The notes beneath the pieces are model-generated. The model did no database searches. It worked only from the letters and a program-made list of their open reading frames with translations, and was not told the origin of the DNA. A program made the position numbers and the translations under genes. Positions 1-9,252 of a stretch of DNA of 38,817 bases are shown here, one piece after another. The DNA is from Mesotaenium endlicherianum (taxonomy: Eukaryota). Positions within the stretch are counted from its first letter, which is position 1. Each line of letters begins with the position of its first letter. The DNA is taken from positions 1-38,817 of the forward strand of contig WELA01002961.1 of NCBI GenBank assembly GCA_009602735.1. The letters are read 5' to 3'.

Positions 1-1
1 A

Positions 2-229
2 AAACGACTCTATAATTTTCCAGGAGACATTTTCTAATCTTTGATTAATTTCTAATGTTCCAGTTCTCTTAGTGTTGATTTTGACTCGTTGTGCTCTGAA
101 ATCCCAGTTTACAGGATGAACCTTTTCCATTAAATAGTACTTATAGCATACTCTGTTATGGCTAAACTGAGCGTAAATGACCGACTCGCGAGGATTGCTA
201 GGTCTTTTTAAATAGAATTTTACTGTCAT
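2..229 (-). CDS. Tyrosine integrase/recombinase, N-terminal arm-DNA-binding domain (partial; runs off the left edge)
   Basis: Manual translation from ATG at 229: MTVKFYLKRPSNPRESVIYAQFSHNRVCYKYYLMEKVHPVNWDFRAQRVKINTKRTGTLEINQRLENVSWKIIESF, open to the edge. The pattern (V.FYLK...IY....WD...QRV...IN..L) is typical of Bacteroidota Arm-DNA-bind_5 integrase N-termini. The catalytic domain is not in the window. Confidence 0.75.
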   Translation of the reverse strand, partial: MTVKFYLKRPSNPRESVIYAQFSHNRVCYKYYLMEKVHPVNWDFRAQRVKINTKRTGTLEINQRLENVSWKIIESF

Positions 230-525
230 GGTTTCATTTTTTTAATGATACCATGCATTAGTGAAATCCTAAAACGTATTGCCTTGCCACAGTTAATGCC
301 ACCAGGTAATCAGCTGGACTTCCAATAAGTTATAAAATTAAATGATCATCGTCAAGGGGTTTTTGTCGACAGTTCCGGAAATCGTTCATTTATTTGCTTA
401 ATATATGTTCAAATACGGTCAGGTTCTTGCGTTTTTGAGCAATAGGAATTACTTTGCAATCCCCCTACGACCCACTTCGGGTTTCCTGTATACAAACCCT
501 TGTAAATCAAAACCAAACCTGATTT

Positions 526-3090
526 ATGGAAGAACAAAATTTGAAAAATTCTATCATTTCTTGGCTTCGCGGCTTTCCCTACTGGATGCAGTATTCTGGC
601 AATGAAATTCTGGAAGGGGACGAACTTTCCGATGAGATGCTGGAAACAACGTATCTTTTCTTTTTACAGGATGCAGGCCTGATAGATTCTGCCGGCGAAC
701 GCGATGAAATTGTATTTGCGGAGGAATCCGAAGAAATAGATCATTCAGACAGTCTTAAGATCACAGAAATTAAGGGGATTACTAATGTAAATGCACTGCT
801 AGCCGATCAACTCATTAACATCAGTGATCAACTTACTATTGTTTATGGTGGAAATGGAACCGGTAAGTCTGGTTATACCCGAATGTTGAACAATGCATTC
901 AAAGGCCGCGGCGATAAAGAGATATTATCCAATGTATTCGAACGTACCCCCAACCTGATCGCTTCCTGTATTTTTACTTTTCAGGGCGCAGATGCATCCT
1001 TTGAGCTGAAGTTCCCAGACGATAAAGGTCATGATGCTTTTACGCGTTTTTCAATTTTTGACACCCAGTGTATCAAGGTGCATCTGGAACAGGAAAACGG
1101 CCTTTTGATTACACCCGTCGGTTTTGATTTTTTTAATAAGCTCATTATTTTATACCAGACTTTGGAACAGAAACTCAACGCTGCGATTCAAATAAAAAGA
1201 GGGCGCAATGATTTCATTCCATTATTTCAGCATCAAAATGTGATTCAAGAACTAATCCATTCGCTTAGTGAGCATACAAATCTTGATCAACTCAAAGAGC
1301 TTGCGGATTATTCTGAGGAAGATGCAAAGCAAGTGAACGAGCTTACGCGCAAAAAAGGTGAATTGCTGGCGCTGAATATTCCGCAACGTATAAGAGAATA
1401 TCAGGCATTGCTAAATGCAGTTGACGCTCTCAAACAAAACCTCGCAGCATACATAGACATTTTCTCAGAAGAAAGTATTACAACTATCAGAAGAACCACT
1501 ATCTCTTATAAACATTTTTCTGCGCTGTCTAAGCAACAAGGAATAGATAGCCTAAAGGATTATCCGATAGCCGAGGTAGGATCTGACCCATGGCTGGCTT
1601 TTGTAGGCGCTGCAAGGAAGTACGCGGAAAATATCGGAGTAGCCGGCAACGGAGAAGAAAAAATGGAAAACTGCGTATTCTGTTTACAACCTTTAACAGC
1701 TAAGGAAGAAAACTTGGTAAATGCCTACTGGCAGTTTTTGCAAAGCGATGCACAAAAGCAGGCGACAGCATTAGAACAACAACTTTCACGTGATAGAAAG
1801 CGTGTAAATGATTTAAGACCGGTGGTTTTTGATGAAACCATAGCCTTGTATCAGTATATGAGCATGGGTCATGAGGAACTTACACAGACATGGAAATCGA
1901 TAGTGGCTTCACTGGAAATAGAAAAACAAAATCTGCTCAATTCGATTAGCGAATTAAATGAAGACTGTGAAGTGCAGCAGATCAACCACACGACAGAAGA
2001 ATTTGCTGTAGTCTCGGGGACTATACAGGCTGCCATCGAGGCCTTAAGTGTAAAGAATCCTGCTGCGGAGATCGAACAAATTGATCGTGAGATACAGTTC
2101 CTAGCAGATAAAAATCTATTATATAAGCTGCATGATCAAATTGTGGTATTTGTCAATGATCAGATCTGGGCGGCGGAGGCAGCAAGGAAATTAGGTGCGT
2201 TCAGGACCAATGGAATAACAACGAAACAAGGCGAACTATTTTCTCAACACATTACTACCAGGTATACGAATATTTTCAATGTAGAGTGTCTCAAACTCAA
2301 AGCACCTACCAGTGTTGTTATATCGCAACGAAACGCCAAAGGTCAAACGCTTCGAAGACTCCAGGTGGCAAACAATATTGCGAGTAAAATCTTGAGTGAA
2401 GGAGAGCAAAGAGCGATCACTCTTGCCGATTTCTTAACTGAAATGCAACTCAATCCCAGAAACCGGGGAATCATTTTTGATGATCCGGTAACTTCCCTAG
2501 ATCACCAACGAAGAGATCTGATTGCAAAAAGGCTTGCAGAGGAGGCAAAAAAACGTCAGGTAATTGTCTTCACACATGACATCGCGCTGCTTTTGCAATT
2601 ACAGTATTACGCTGAACAGATCGATGGACTATCTGTTTCAGTAACCAGTATGCGTAAGCAGGGAGATAAGGTCGGTATTATTCATCCAACTCTTCCGTGG
2701 GTTGCGCAAAAGATCACGGCAAGGATCGGCTATCTGAAAACAGGACTGGTAAAATTGGAAAAAATTGAAAGGGAACAGACCGAAGATGAATACATCAGCG
2801 CCGCCAAATCCTGGTATGGAATGCTCCGAGAGGCATGGGAGCGTGCCGTGGAAGAAAGACTATTTAAGGGTGTGATAGAAAGATTTGGTTACAGCGTGCA
2901 GACCAACCGATTGAAAAAGGTGGCTATCACTAACCAGATGCTTGATGACATCGAAAAGGGTATGACTGAATCTTCGAAATGGGTACATGACGCTGCTGCA
3001 GGACTCAATCCAACAATTCCTGATTCGAATAAAGCAAAGGTAGACCTTGCCTCGTTTGAAGCATTTGCACAAAGCTGCCCTGCAGCATAG
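526..3090 (+). CDS. RloC/PrrC-like ABC-type (Rad50/SMC-like) ATPase with zinc hook and C-terminal HEPN-like nuclease domain
   Basis: Walker A GGNGTGKS, coiled coil with central CVFC zinc hook (C383/C386), signature LSEGEQ, Walker B/D-loop IIFDDPVTSLD, H-loop FTHD, C-terminal R768-x3-E772...H821. Confidence 0.75.
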   Translation: MEEQNLKNSIISWLRGFPYWMQYSGNEILEGDELSDEMLETTYLFFLQDAGLIDSAGERDEIVFAEESEEIDHSDSLKITEIKGITNVNALLADQLINISDQLTIVYGGNGTGKSGYTRMLNNAFKGRGDKEILSNVFERTPNLIASCIFTFQGADASFELKFPDDKGHDAFTRFSIFDTQCIKVHLEQENGLLITPVGFDFFNKLIILYQTLEQKLNAAIQIKRGRNDFIPLFQHQNVIQELIHSLSEHTNLDQLKELADYSEEDAKQVNELTRKKGELLALNIPQRIREYQALLNAVDALKQNLAAYIDIFSEESITTIRRTTISYKHFSALSKQQGIDSLKDYPIAEVGSDPWLAFVGAARKYAENIGVAGNGEEKMENCVFCLQPLTAKEENLVNAYWQFLQSDAQKQATALEQQLSRDRKRVNDLRPVVFDETIALYQYMSMGHEELTQTWKSIVASLEIEKQNLLNSISELNEDCEVQQINHTTEEFAVVSGTIQAAIEALSVKNPAAEIEQIDREIQFLADKNLLYKLHDQIVVFVNDQIWAAEAARKLGAFRTNGITTKQGELFSQHITTRYTNIFNVECLKLKAPTSVVISQRNAKGQTLRRLQVANNIASKILSEGEQRAITLADFLTEMQLNPRNRGIIFDDPVTSLDHQRRDLIAKRLAEEAKKRQVIVFTHDIALLLQLQYYAEQIDGLSVSVTSMRKQGDKVGIIHPTLPWVAQKITARIGYLKTGLVKLEKIEREQTEDEYISAAKSWYGMLREAWERAVEERLFKGVIERFGYSVQTNRLKKVAITNQMLDDIEKGMTESSKWVHDAAAGLNPTIPDSNKAKVDLASFEAFAQSCPAA

Positions 3091-3120
3091 GAGTAAAACA
3101 GCGACCACAAAAACACAACT

Positions 3121-5385
3121 ATGTTTGAGCTACATAAACTAGGATGGAACGGGTTTCAACATTTGTGTCTTACTATTCTACGGGAAATATTGGGGCAGAC
3201 TGTGCAATCGTATCTTGATACAAAAGATGCCGGTAAAGACGGGGCATTCACGGGAATATGGAAGCAAGCGGACAACGGCGATCTACAAGGAAAATTTGTT
3301 TTCCAATGCAAGTTTACGGCCAAGAGAGATTATAATCTTTCGATTGCCGATCTAAAGGATGAAATAAAAAAAGTAAAAAAGTTGACGGAAAAGGGTGAGT
3401 GTGATTGCTACATCCTGCTGACGAACGCCGGAATTTCAGGCGAGCTGGATTCAAAGATCAAAGAATCACTAGAGGCAATCGGGATCTCGCAATACAGATC
3501 TTTTGGACACAACTGGCTGAACCAACAAATACAGCAAAATAAAAAGTTGCGTATGCTGGTTCCCCGCGTGTATGGACTTGGAGACCTATCACAAATTCTT
3601 GACTCTCGTGCGTATGACCAGGCTAAAGCTGTGCTTGAATCGGTAAAAGATGAACTTTCAAAAGTGGTCATGACAGGAGCTTATCATAAGGCAGCGGAGG
3701 CCTTAAATAATCATGGATTCGTCCTGATCATCGGTGAACCTGCAGCGGGTAAAACAACGATCGCCACTTTGCTCGCCATGGGCGCCTTGGATAATTGGGG
3801 TGCTGAGACAATCAAGGTTGCAGAGGCAGATAAAATGGTTGAGAGATGGAATGTGCATGAGAAACAGTTTTTCTGGATCGATGATGCTTTTGGGGTGACG
3901 CAATACGAAAAGCCGTTGGCAACGCAATGGAATCATGCACTAGCGCAGGTAAAAGCGATGATCAAAACCGGAAGTAAGATTGTTCTTACTTCACGTGATT
4001 ATATTTACGCCCGTGCAAGAAAAGATTTAAAAGAAAGTGCTTTTCCGCTGCTGCTAGAAACCAAAGTGGTCATTGATGTACATGAGCTTACGGAAGCTGA
4101 AAGAAAGCAAATACTGTACAACCATCTAAAGCTCGGAAGACAGACACAGGAGTTTAAGAAGAAGATTAAACCCTTTTTAGAACCGGCTTCCAACCTACCC
4201 AAATTTGTGCCTGAATCGGCCCGTCGTATTTCCGATCCGGCATTCACAAACAACTTAAGCCTTACCGAACATGGGATCAGTCAATTTATCGAACATCCCA
4301 AGGAAATGCTGCTGGATATTTTGCGGGGCTTGCATACGGATCAACTGGCAGCGCTGGCTTTAATCTACATGCGCAATGACAAACTGGAAAGTCCCGTGAG
4401 CGCAAATAATCCGGAACTAGAAGCGATTGAGCGAATCGGAAGCACTCAGGGTGCGTGCTTGGAAGCTCTTGTAGATATGCAGGGCAGTCTCGTGCAGCTG
4501 CTAGAATTAGAAGCTGGAAATGTTTGGAAATTTAAGCATCCTACCATCGGGGATGCATTTGCAGACCTGCTGATTTCCAATGCCGAACTAATCGGAATCT
4601 ATTTGTTGGGCTCGAAAATAGAGAGTCTTTTCTACCAGATTACTTGCGGCAATGTAGGTCTCATTGGAGCTATCGTAGTACCGGAATCCCTTTTTTCATT
4701 AATTATCGATAGACTTTCTTCTTACAACCGCGCAGCGAATTTCAAGAACGAGTCTTATGCAGTATTTCATGCGCGTTGGAATTCTGACAGGTTTCTGGCT
4801 TACAGGTGTTCTAAAAAATTCCTGAACCAGTACATACAACGAAATCCTGATTTGACATCCCGATTGGAGAAGCCGGAACTTTATCTAGAGCATAAACCTT
4901 CTGTATCACTAGCAATAACTTTGATCCGAGAAGGGTTGTTTCCACCGGAGGCTCGAAAGAAATTTATTGATACGATTATTGGATACACAGTGGAAGGTTA
5001 CGATTTTTTCTTGCTTCAAAATGAAGAGTTGATCGGAATATTGATCGATGAGGAAAAAGAATCATTATTTGAGAATATTAAACTGTCGTTCATCCCGAAT
5101 CTCGAACAAATAAGGCGCAGGTGGGAGTCTGAAAGAAACATGGAAGATACAGCAGAAGAATACCTAGAACCCTTCACCAGTACTATGATATTACTAAGGG
5201 AGCATTTTCAGGGGGCTTCAGATTTGCAGGCTGTTTTTTCAGCCCAGCTCACAAAAGCTGAGCAATGGATTGAGGAACAGGAAGAACCACCCGTGGAGCG
5301 CAAACCACGCGACAGGTATGAGAATCTGCAGCAGTCGCAAAACTTTGAAATAAAGCGTAGCATTTTTGACGATGTGGATGAGTAA
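3121..5385 (+). CDS. Mrr-like restriction endonuclease fused to a STAND-type NTPase (nSTAND3-like); putative anti-phage protein
   Basis: N-terminal DAGKDG...FQCK (PD-(D/E/Q)xK fold), Walker A GEPAAGKTT, Walker B FFWIDDAFG, sensor LTSR, FKHP winged-helix motif, helical C-terminus. Confidence 0.75.
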   Translation: MFELHKLGWNGFQHLCLTILREILGQTVQSYLDTKDAGKDGAFTGIWKQADNGDLQGKFVFQCKFTAKRDYNLSIADLKDEIKKVKKLTEKGECDCYILLTNAGISGELDSKIKESLEAIGISQYRSFGHNWLNQQIQQNKKLRMLVPRVYGLGDLSQILDSRAYDQAKAVLESVKDELSKVVMTGAYHKAAEALNNHGFVLIIGEPAAGKTTIATLLAMGALDNWGAETIKVAEADKMVERWNVHEKQFFWIDDAFGVTQYEKPLATQWNHALAQVKAMIKTGSKIVLTSRDYIYARARKDLKESAFPLLLETKVVIDVHELTEAERKQILYNHLKLGRQTQEFKKKIKPFLEPASNLPKFVPESARRISDPAFTNNLSLTEHGISQFIEHPKEMLLDILRGLHTDQLAALALIYMRNDKLESPVSANNPELEAIERIGSTQGACLEALVDMQGSLVQLLELEAGNVWKFKHPTIGDAFADLLISNAELIGIYLLGSKIESLFYQITCGNVGLIGAIVVPESLFSLIIDRLSSYNRAANFKNESYAVFHARWNSDRFLAYRCSKKFLNQYIQRNPDLTSRLEKPELYLEHKPSVSLAITLIREGLFPPEARKKFIDTIIGYTVEGYDFFLLQNEELIGILIDEEKESLFENIKLSFIPNLEQIRRRWESERNMEDTAEEYLEPFTSTMILLREHFQGASDLQAVFSAQLTKAEQWIEEQEEPPVERKPRDRYENLQQSQNFEIKRSIFDDVDE

Positions 5386-5542
5386 GGTGTACTATCTCTA
5401 TGAAGGAAGATTTCAATTCTTTAAATGATAAGGAAATTCTTAAAGTGTTTTATCCCGATGCCTCGCGTAATGCACGAGATCTGCAGTTGGGACCTGTTCT
5501 TGCTCATATCCCATAGGTTATATACTCGACGTTTGGAAATGA

Positions 5543-8062
5543 CTACTTATTTTCTTCCTCATTTAATCTCACTTCCTGTTCAATTTCGATTTCATTTTCA
5601 ACGCGTATCATCTCGTATATCGGAACATTTACACCAATTACTTCAAAGCTAACGGCGAGCGCGTAAGAAACCTCCTTGGCAATGTCTTTATCCCATCCCT
5701 GGTGACCGATCACTGCTATCGAAAATTCAGGCGGCAGCTGGTGCGCTTGTAATACGATCCAATCTTTTTGTATAGAACTGTCTTGACGCCTGCAATCTTT
5801 GATTCCCCATTCCACGTTTTCACGAATTTTCCATTTTATCACATTTTCATCGTTATCGACTTCCTCTCCTTCGGCACCGGTATTCATATATTTAATTATC
5901 CGCCTTTCAAAGCGGTGGGCTGATTCACCCAATTTAGATGACTTCCAATCTACCCAGGTAGATAAATAGGATTTTGTCTTTCTTCGTGTTCTCCTCGGCT
6001 TGGCAACAAAAGATAACGACACTTCAATTAATATATCATAGTCGTTGCCTGTCCTTCTCAATTCTTCTGGAATGAGGATGGTATAAATACGGGCAGCCTT
6101 TGCGGATATTTTCTCTTCTCCGATTAACGTAATTCTTGACTCGGAATTGCTAACAGTTCGTTGCTTGTTAACGATGCCATACCCATACTTGCGCAAACTC
6201 TTAATATCAGGATTATTAAAATCCGAGGCGGGTAACCGAGCACCTTGGATGATCAATGACCTAATTAGCAGCGCTGAAATTTCCGGTATCTCGCGCAATA
6301 ACGCTCCGGCGATATGTGAAACTTTTGGTGCGGCGTAGGATGTTCCCACATGATACCCTAGCGCATTTCCACCATGGATCGTGCTCCTGATTACTTCAGT
6401 GCTTACCGAGTTATGATTTGTAACTAAGCTCTGCCCGGCCTTTTCATAGATGTAGTCACCAGCATATTCAACTACATCAGGTTTTATCATTCCCCAAAGG
6501 CCAAGCCCACACCTTGAAAATGATGAAATGTTGCTATTGACACCGAACGACTTGCGATCTTCATCTTCAAAATCTCCTTCGCAGACAGATCCGACCGTAA
6601 TTGCAAAACAACTTTGCGCAGGATTAGCTATCCGACAAGCTGGCTCAAGTAAATATTCCGGATATGTATTTCCATTTCTGATAAATTCCTGTATCCCTGG
6701 TTTATTAACCGCGTCGTTTGTTCTATCCACATTTCCCGCAGATAAAATAAAAATTATATCATTCTCATACATGATCCGGTCTATCGTTGCTGCCCATTCA
6801 GACATATGCCTGACTTTACAGGCTGAAAAAGAATTTATTGACATATTAAAGATTTTGGTCGTCGCAAAATCATTAATAACACGTTCCATTAATTGTGGTG
6901 GATACAAATCGTTGGGCAACCATCCATGTTGATTTAGAATTTTTGCGTTTTGTACGATAATTGAACTTTGAAAATTGCCGGCCTTTGGAATTTCCCTTCC
7001 ATAAATGACACCACCTGCAACCTTTGTTCCATGCCCACCATTTGCGACCTCGTCGGCCACACTTGCTGAAACATATGACTTTGAATGAGCTTTATCTATG
7101 GCATCAGTTATAAGTACATGTTCTTCCTGAATTCCGGAATCAATGATACATACGAATGGACTATCTGGTGAGGGAGCGACTATGTTTAAGTTAACGGGGG
7201 CTTCTTCGCCGGTTTCTGCATCCGTATAGACTATATCATCAAACTCAGTGACGTCAAATAAGTACTGGTATTTTAATACCATTTCCTTCAGCGCTTTTCC
7301 AAAAACCCTTAACCTGCATCCGAAACTATCATCAAAATTTACGTAATCACTTATTATCTCAGCTTCCAGTTCATTTATGTAAGTTTCAAACTCGGTCTGT
7401 CTTTGCAACTCTAAATCAAACCTCTCAAGTTCTATTCGGTTTTTATTCTTTTGCCATGCTTTATACCGCAATTCAAAATCGTCCAGGTCTTCATCTTTGT
7501 ATTTTTTGGGTTCTGCAGGAATTTTTAAAATGCATGCGATACTGACGTCTACGACCAATTCTTCATCGTCATCAATTTGATCCCATTTCGAGCTTAACTC
7601 TGCCGACAAAATATTATCCAGCCGCCATTGATTGCCTGTAACTATTTTCCAAAGCTGGGCAGCTTTATCCTTGTAAATACCTTTTTGTTTTTGAAATGCA
7701 GCCAGTTTTTCTTTTAGACTTTTGAAGTTGTCGCCAGATGCACCAATAATGTAACCGCCTTCTTCTTCAGAAATTACATCAATACCAAATGCATACAATG
7801 ATTCAATGTCAAAAAAGACTTGATCGATCTGGAGAAAAACTGGAATAATGTTTTCATTAGGCAACTTTGCTATGGAGTTTGCAATGCTTTCCTCCCATAA
7901 GTTTGTTACTTCACTAATTTGAGCCATAATGTCATTCACATGACTCCTTCGCCTGCTTTCATTAACTAATGTGATAGCAAGTTTTTTCTTTGATCCACCA
8001 CGGGGAGAATTGTAATCACCGAAAGCTTTTTTAGGTAATGGTAAGTGAGGAAAATCCGCCAT
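5543..8062 (-). CDS. ietS: S8 (subtilisin-like) serine protease, IetS/Y4bN-like
   Basis: Catalytic triad IIDSG / GHGTKVAG / GTSYAAP, oxyanion SAGN, no signal peptide, 2 bp downstream of an AAA ATPase gene. Confidence 0.85.
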   Translation of the reverse strand: MADFPHLPLPKKAFGDYNSPRGGSKKKLAITLVNESRRRSHVNDIMAQISEVTNLWEESIANSIAKLPNENIIPVFLQIDQVFFDIESLYAFGIDVISEEEGGYIIGASGDNFKSLKEKLAAFQKQKGIYKDKAAQLWKIVTGNQWRLDNILSAELSSKWDQIDDDEELVVDVSIACILKIPAEPKKYKDEDLDDFELRYKAWQKNKNRIELERFDLELQRQTEFETYINELEAEIISDYVNFDDSFGCRLRVFGKALKEMVLKYQYLFDVTEFDDIVYTDAETGEEAPVNLNIVAPSPDSPFVCIIDSGIQEEHVLITDAIDKAHSKSYVSASVADEVANGGHGTKVAGGVIYGREIPKAGNFQSSIIVQNAKILNQHGWLPNDLYPPQLMERVINDFATTKIFNMSINSFSACKVRHMSEWAATIDRIMYENDIIFILSAGNVDRTNDAVNKPGIQEFIRNGNTYPEYLLEPACRIANPAQSCFAITVGSVCEGDFEDEDRKSFGVNSNISSFSRCGLGLWGMIKPDVVEYAGDYIYEKAGQSLVTNHNSVSTEVIRSTIHGGNALGYHVGTSYAAPKVSHIAGALLREIPEISALLIRSLIIQGARLPASDFNNPDIKSLRKYGYGIVNKQRTVSNSESRITLIGEEKISAKAARIYTILIPEELRRTGNDYDILIEVSLSFVAKPRRTRRKTKSYLSTWVDWKSSKLGESAHRFERRIIKYMNTGAEGEEVDNDENVIKWKIRENVEWGIKDCRRQDSSIQKDWIVLQAHQLPPEFSIAVIGHQGWDKDIAKEVSYALAVSFEVIGVNVPIYEMIRVENEIEIEQEVRLNEEENK

Positions 8063-8064
8063 TT

Positions 8065-9063
8065 TTACTTTTTGTTAAAAACGGAATTTTCTACTATAGC
8101 GCTCAACAGGTGAGTTTCGTCAACAATTTTTTTACCACTTATTACAGCTTTTTTAGCTGCATCATTTGCTACTTTAACGACGAGTGCCGCAGAAAATCCA
8201 TTTAATTTTTTGGAAATCGAGGTCCATTTAATTTGGGGGGATTTTTGTATAGAAGACAAAGTTTGATCCAGTAATCTGGCTATTTCTAATGCAGAGGGTT
8301 TGGGCATTTCGATTATTTCGTCGAATCGTCTGAACAATGCAAAATCAATTATTCCTTCAAAATTTGTTGTTGCAATTAGTATTCCTGGTGCCTGGAAATC
8401 TTCTAATAAATTTAAAAGGAGATTTACGACCCTATGCATTTCTCCCACATCATGCCCCGAAGATCTAGATTTTGCTATAAAATCGAATTCGTCTAACAGC
8501 AATACACATGGAACTTTCTGTATAGATTCAAACAATCGTTTTAAATTACTGGCAGACTCTCCCAAGTATGAAGATATGATAGCTTCAAAACGGACTTTGA
8601 GAAATGGCAGTCCAATATTGTAAGCAATTCTTTCCGCAGCCATACTCTTGCCACATCCCGGATGGCCATAAAGCAAAACTTTCTGTTTAGGCTTTAAACC
8701 ATGATTCTTCAATCTTTCTCTGGCAACAAATTCTTGTTCTATTGTTCTGATTTTTGCTTCGATAAGATCAGGTAAGATCATATCATGTCTCAAATAATCA
8801 CGTTCAATCAATGTGGCAAGAGGAATATTATACCTTTTATCTGTTGGTATGGTTACACCCGACGGGAGTATCGACTTGAGATCGCCTCTAAAACTGGAAT
8901 ATGAATTTACATTCTTATCCAAAATGTTCTTCAGTTTGATTGCCAGCCGTGCGTGTCCCTTTTTCTCCTCCTCGTCAATAATACTCTTAGCGACCTTTAC
9001 GATATCTTCGTTAGGCTCACCTTCAATAGACTTGAATAAACGCAAAAGCAGCTCCTGATTCAT
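8065..9063 (-). CDS. ietA: AAA+ ATPase, IetA/Y4kL-like
   Basis: Walker A GHPGCGKS, Walker B LLLDEFD, GEMHRVVN motif, second region of homology ATTN...DFALFRRFD; paired with the S8 protease. Confidence 0.85.
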   Translation of the reverse strand: MNQELLLRLFKSIEGEPNEDIVKVAKSIIDEEEKKGHARLAIKLKNILDKNVNSYSSFRGDLKSILPSGVTIPTDKRYNIPLATLIERDYLRHDMILPDLIEAKIRTIEQEFVARERLKNHGLKPKQKVLLYGHPGCGKSMAAERIAYNIGLPFLKVRFEAIISSYLGESASNLKRLFESIQKVPCVLLLDEFDFIAKSRSSGHDVGEMHRVVNLLLNLLEDFQAPGILIATTNFEGIIDFALFRRFDEIIEMPKPSALEIARLLDQTLSSIQKSPQIKWTSISKKLNGFSAALVVKVANDAAKKAVISGKKIVDETHLLSAIVENSVFNKK

Positions 9064-9252
9064 ATTCTGCGGTAAAGTACAATAAATATCAACTAAAATA
9101 AGGCTAATCTGTTATAGGGACTTCTCCTCAATCAAAAAATCTTCTGATTATTAACGCATTATAAATTTTATTATTATTCAAAGCCCTCAAATCAGCAAAA
9201 ATCTGTCTTGCCAATACCGGTATAGTCAATTTCAAAACTGGTATCTTAGAAG

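Noticed and set aside
405..605. 66-aa ORF overlapping the ATPase start
   Set aside because: Out-of-frame overlap with a well-supported gene, covers its promoter region, and has no motifs.
5425..5652. 75-aa plus-strand ORF between the STAND gene and ietS
   Set aside because: Half of it is antisense to the ietS 3' end and it has no recognisable features.
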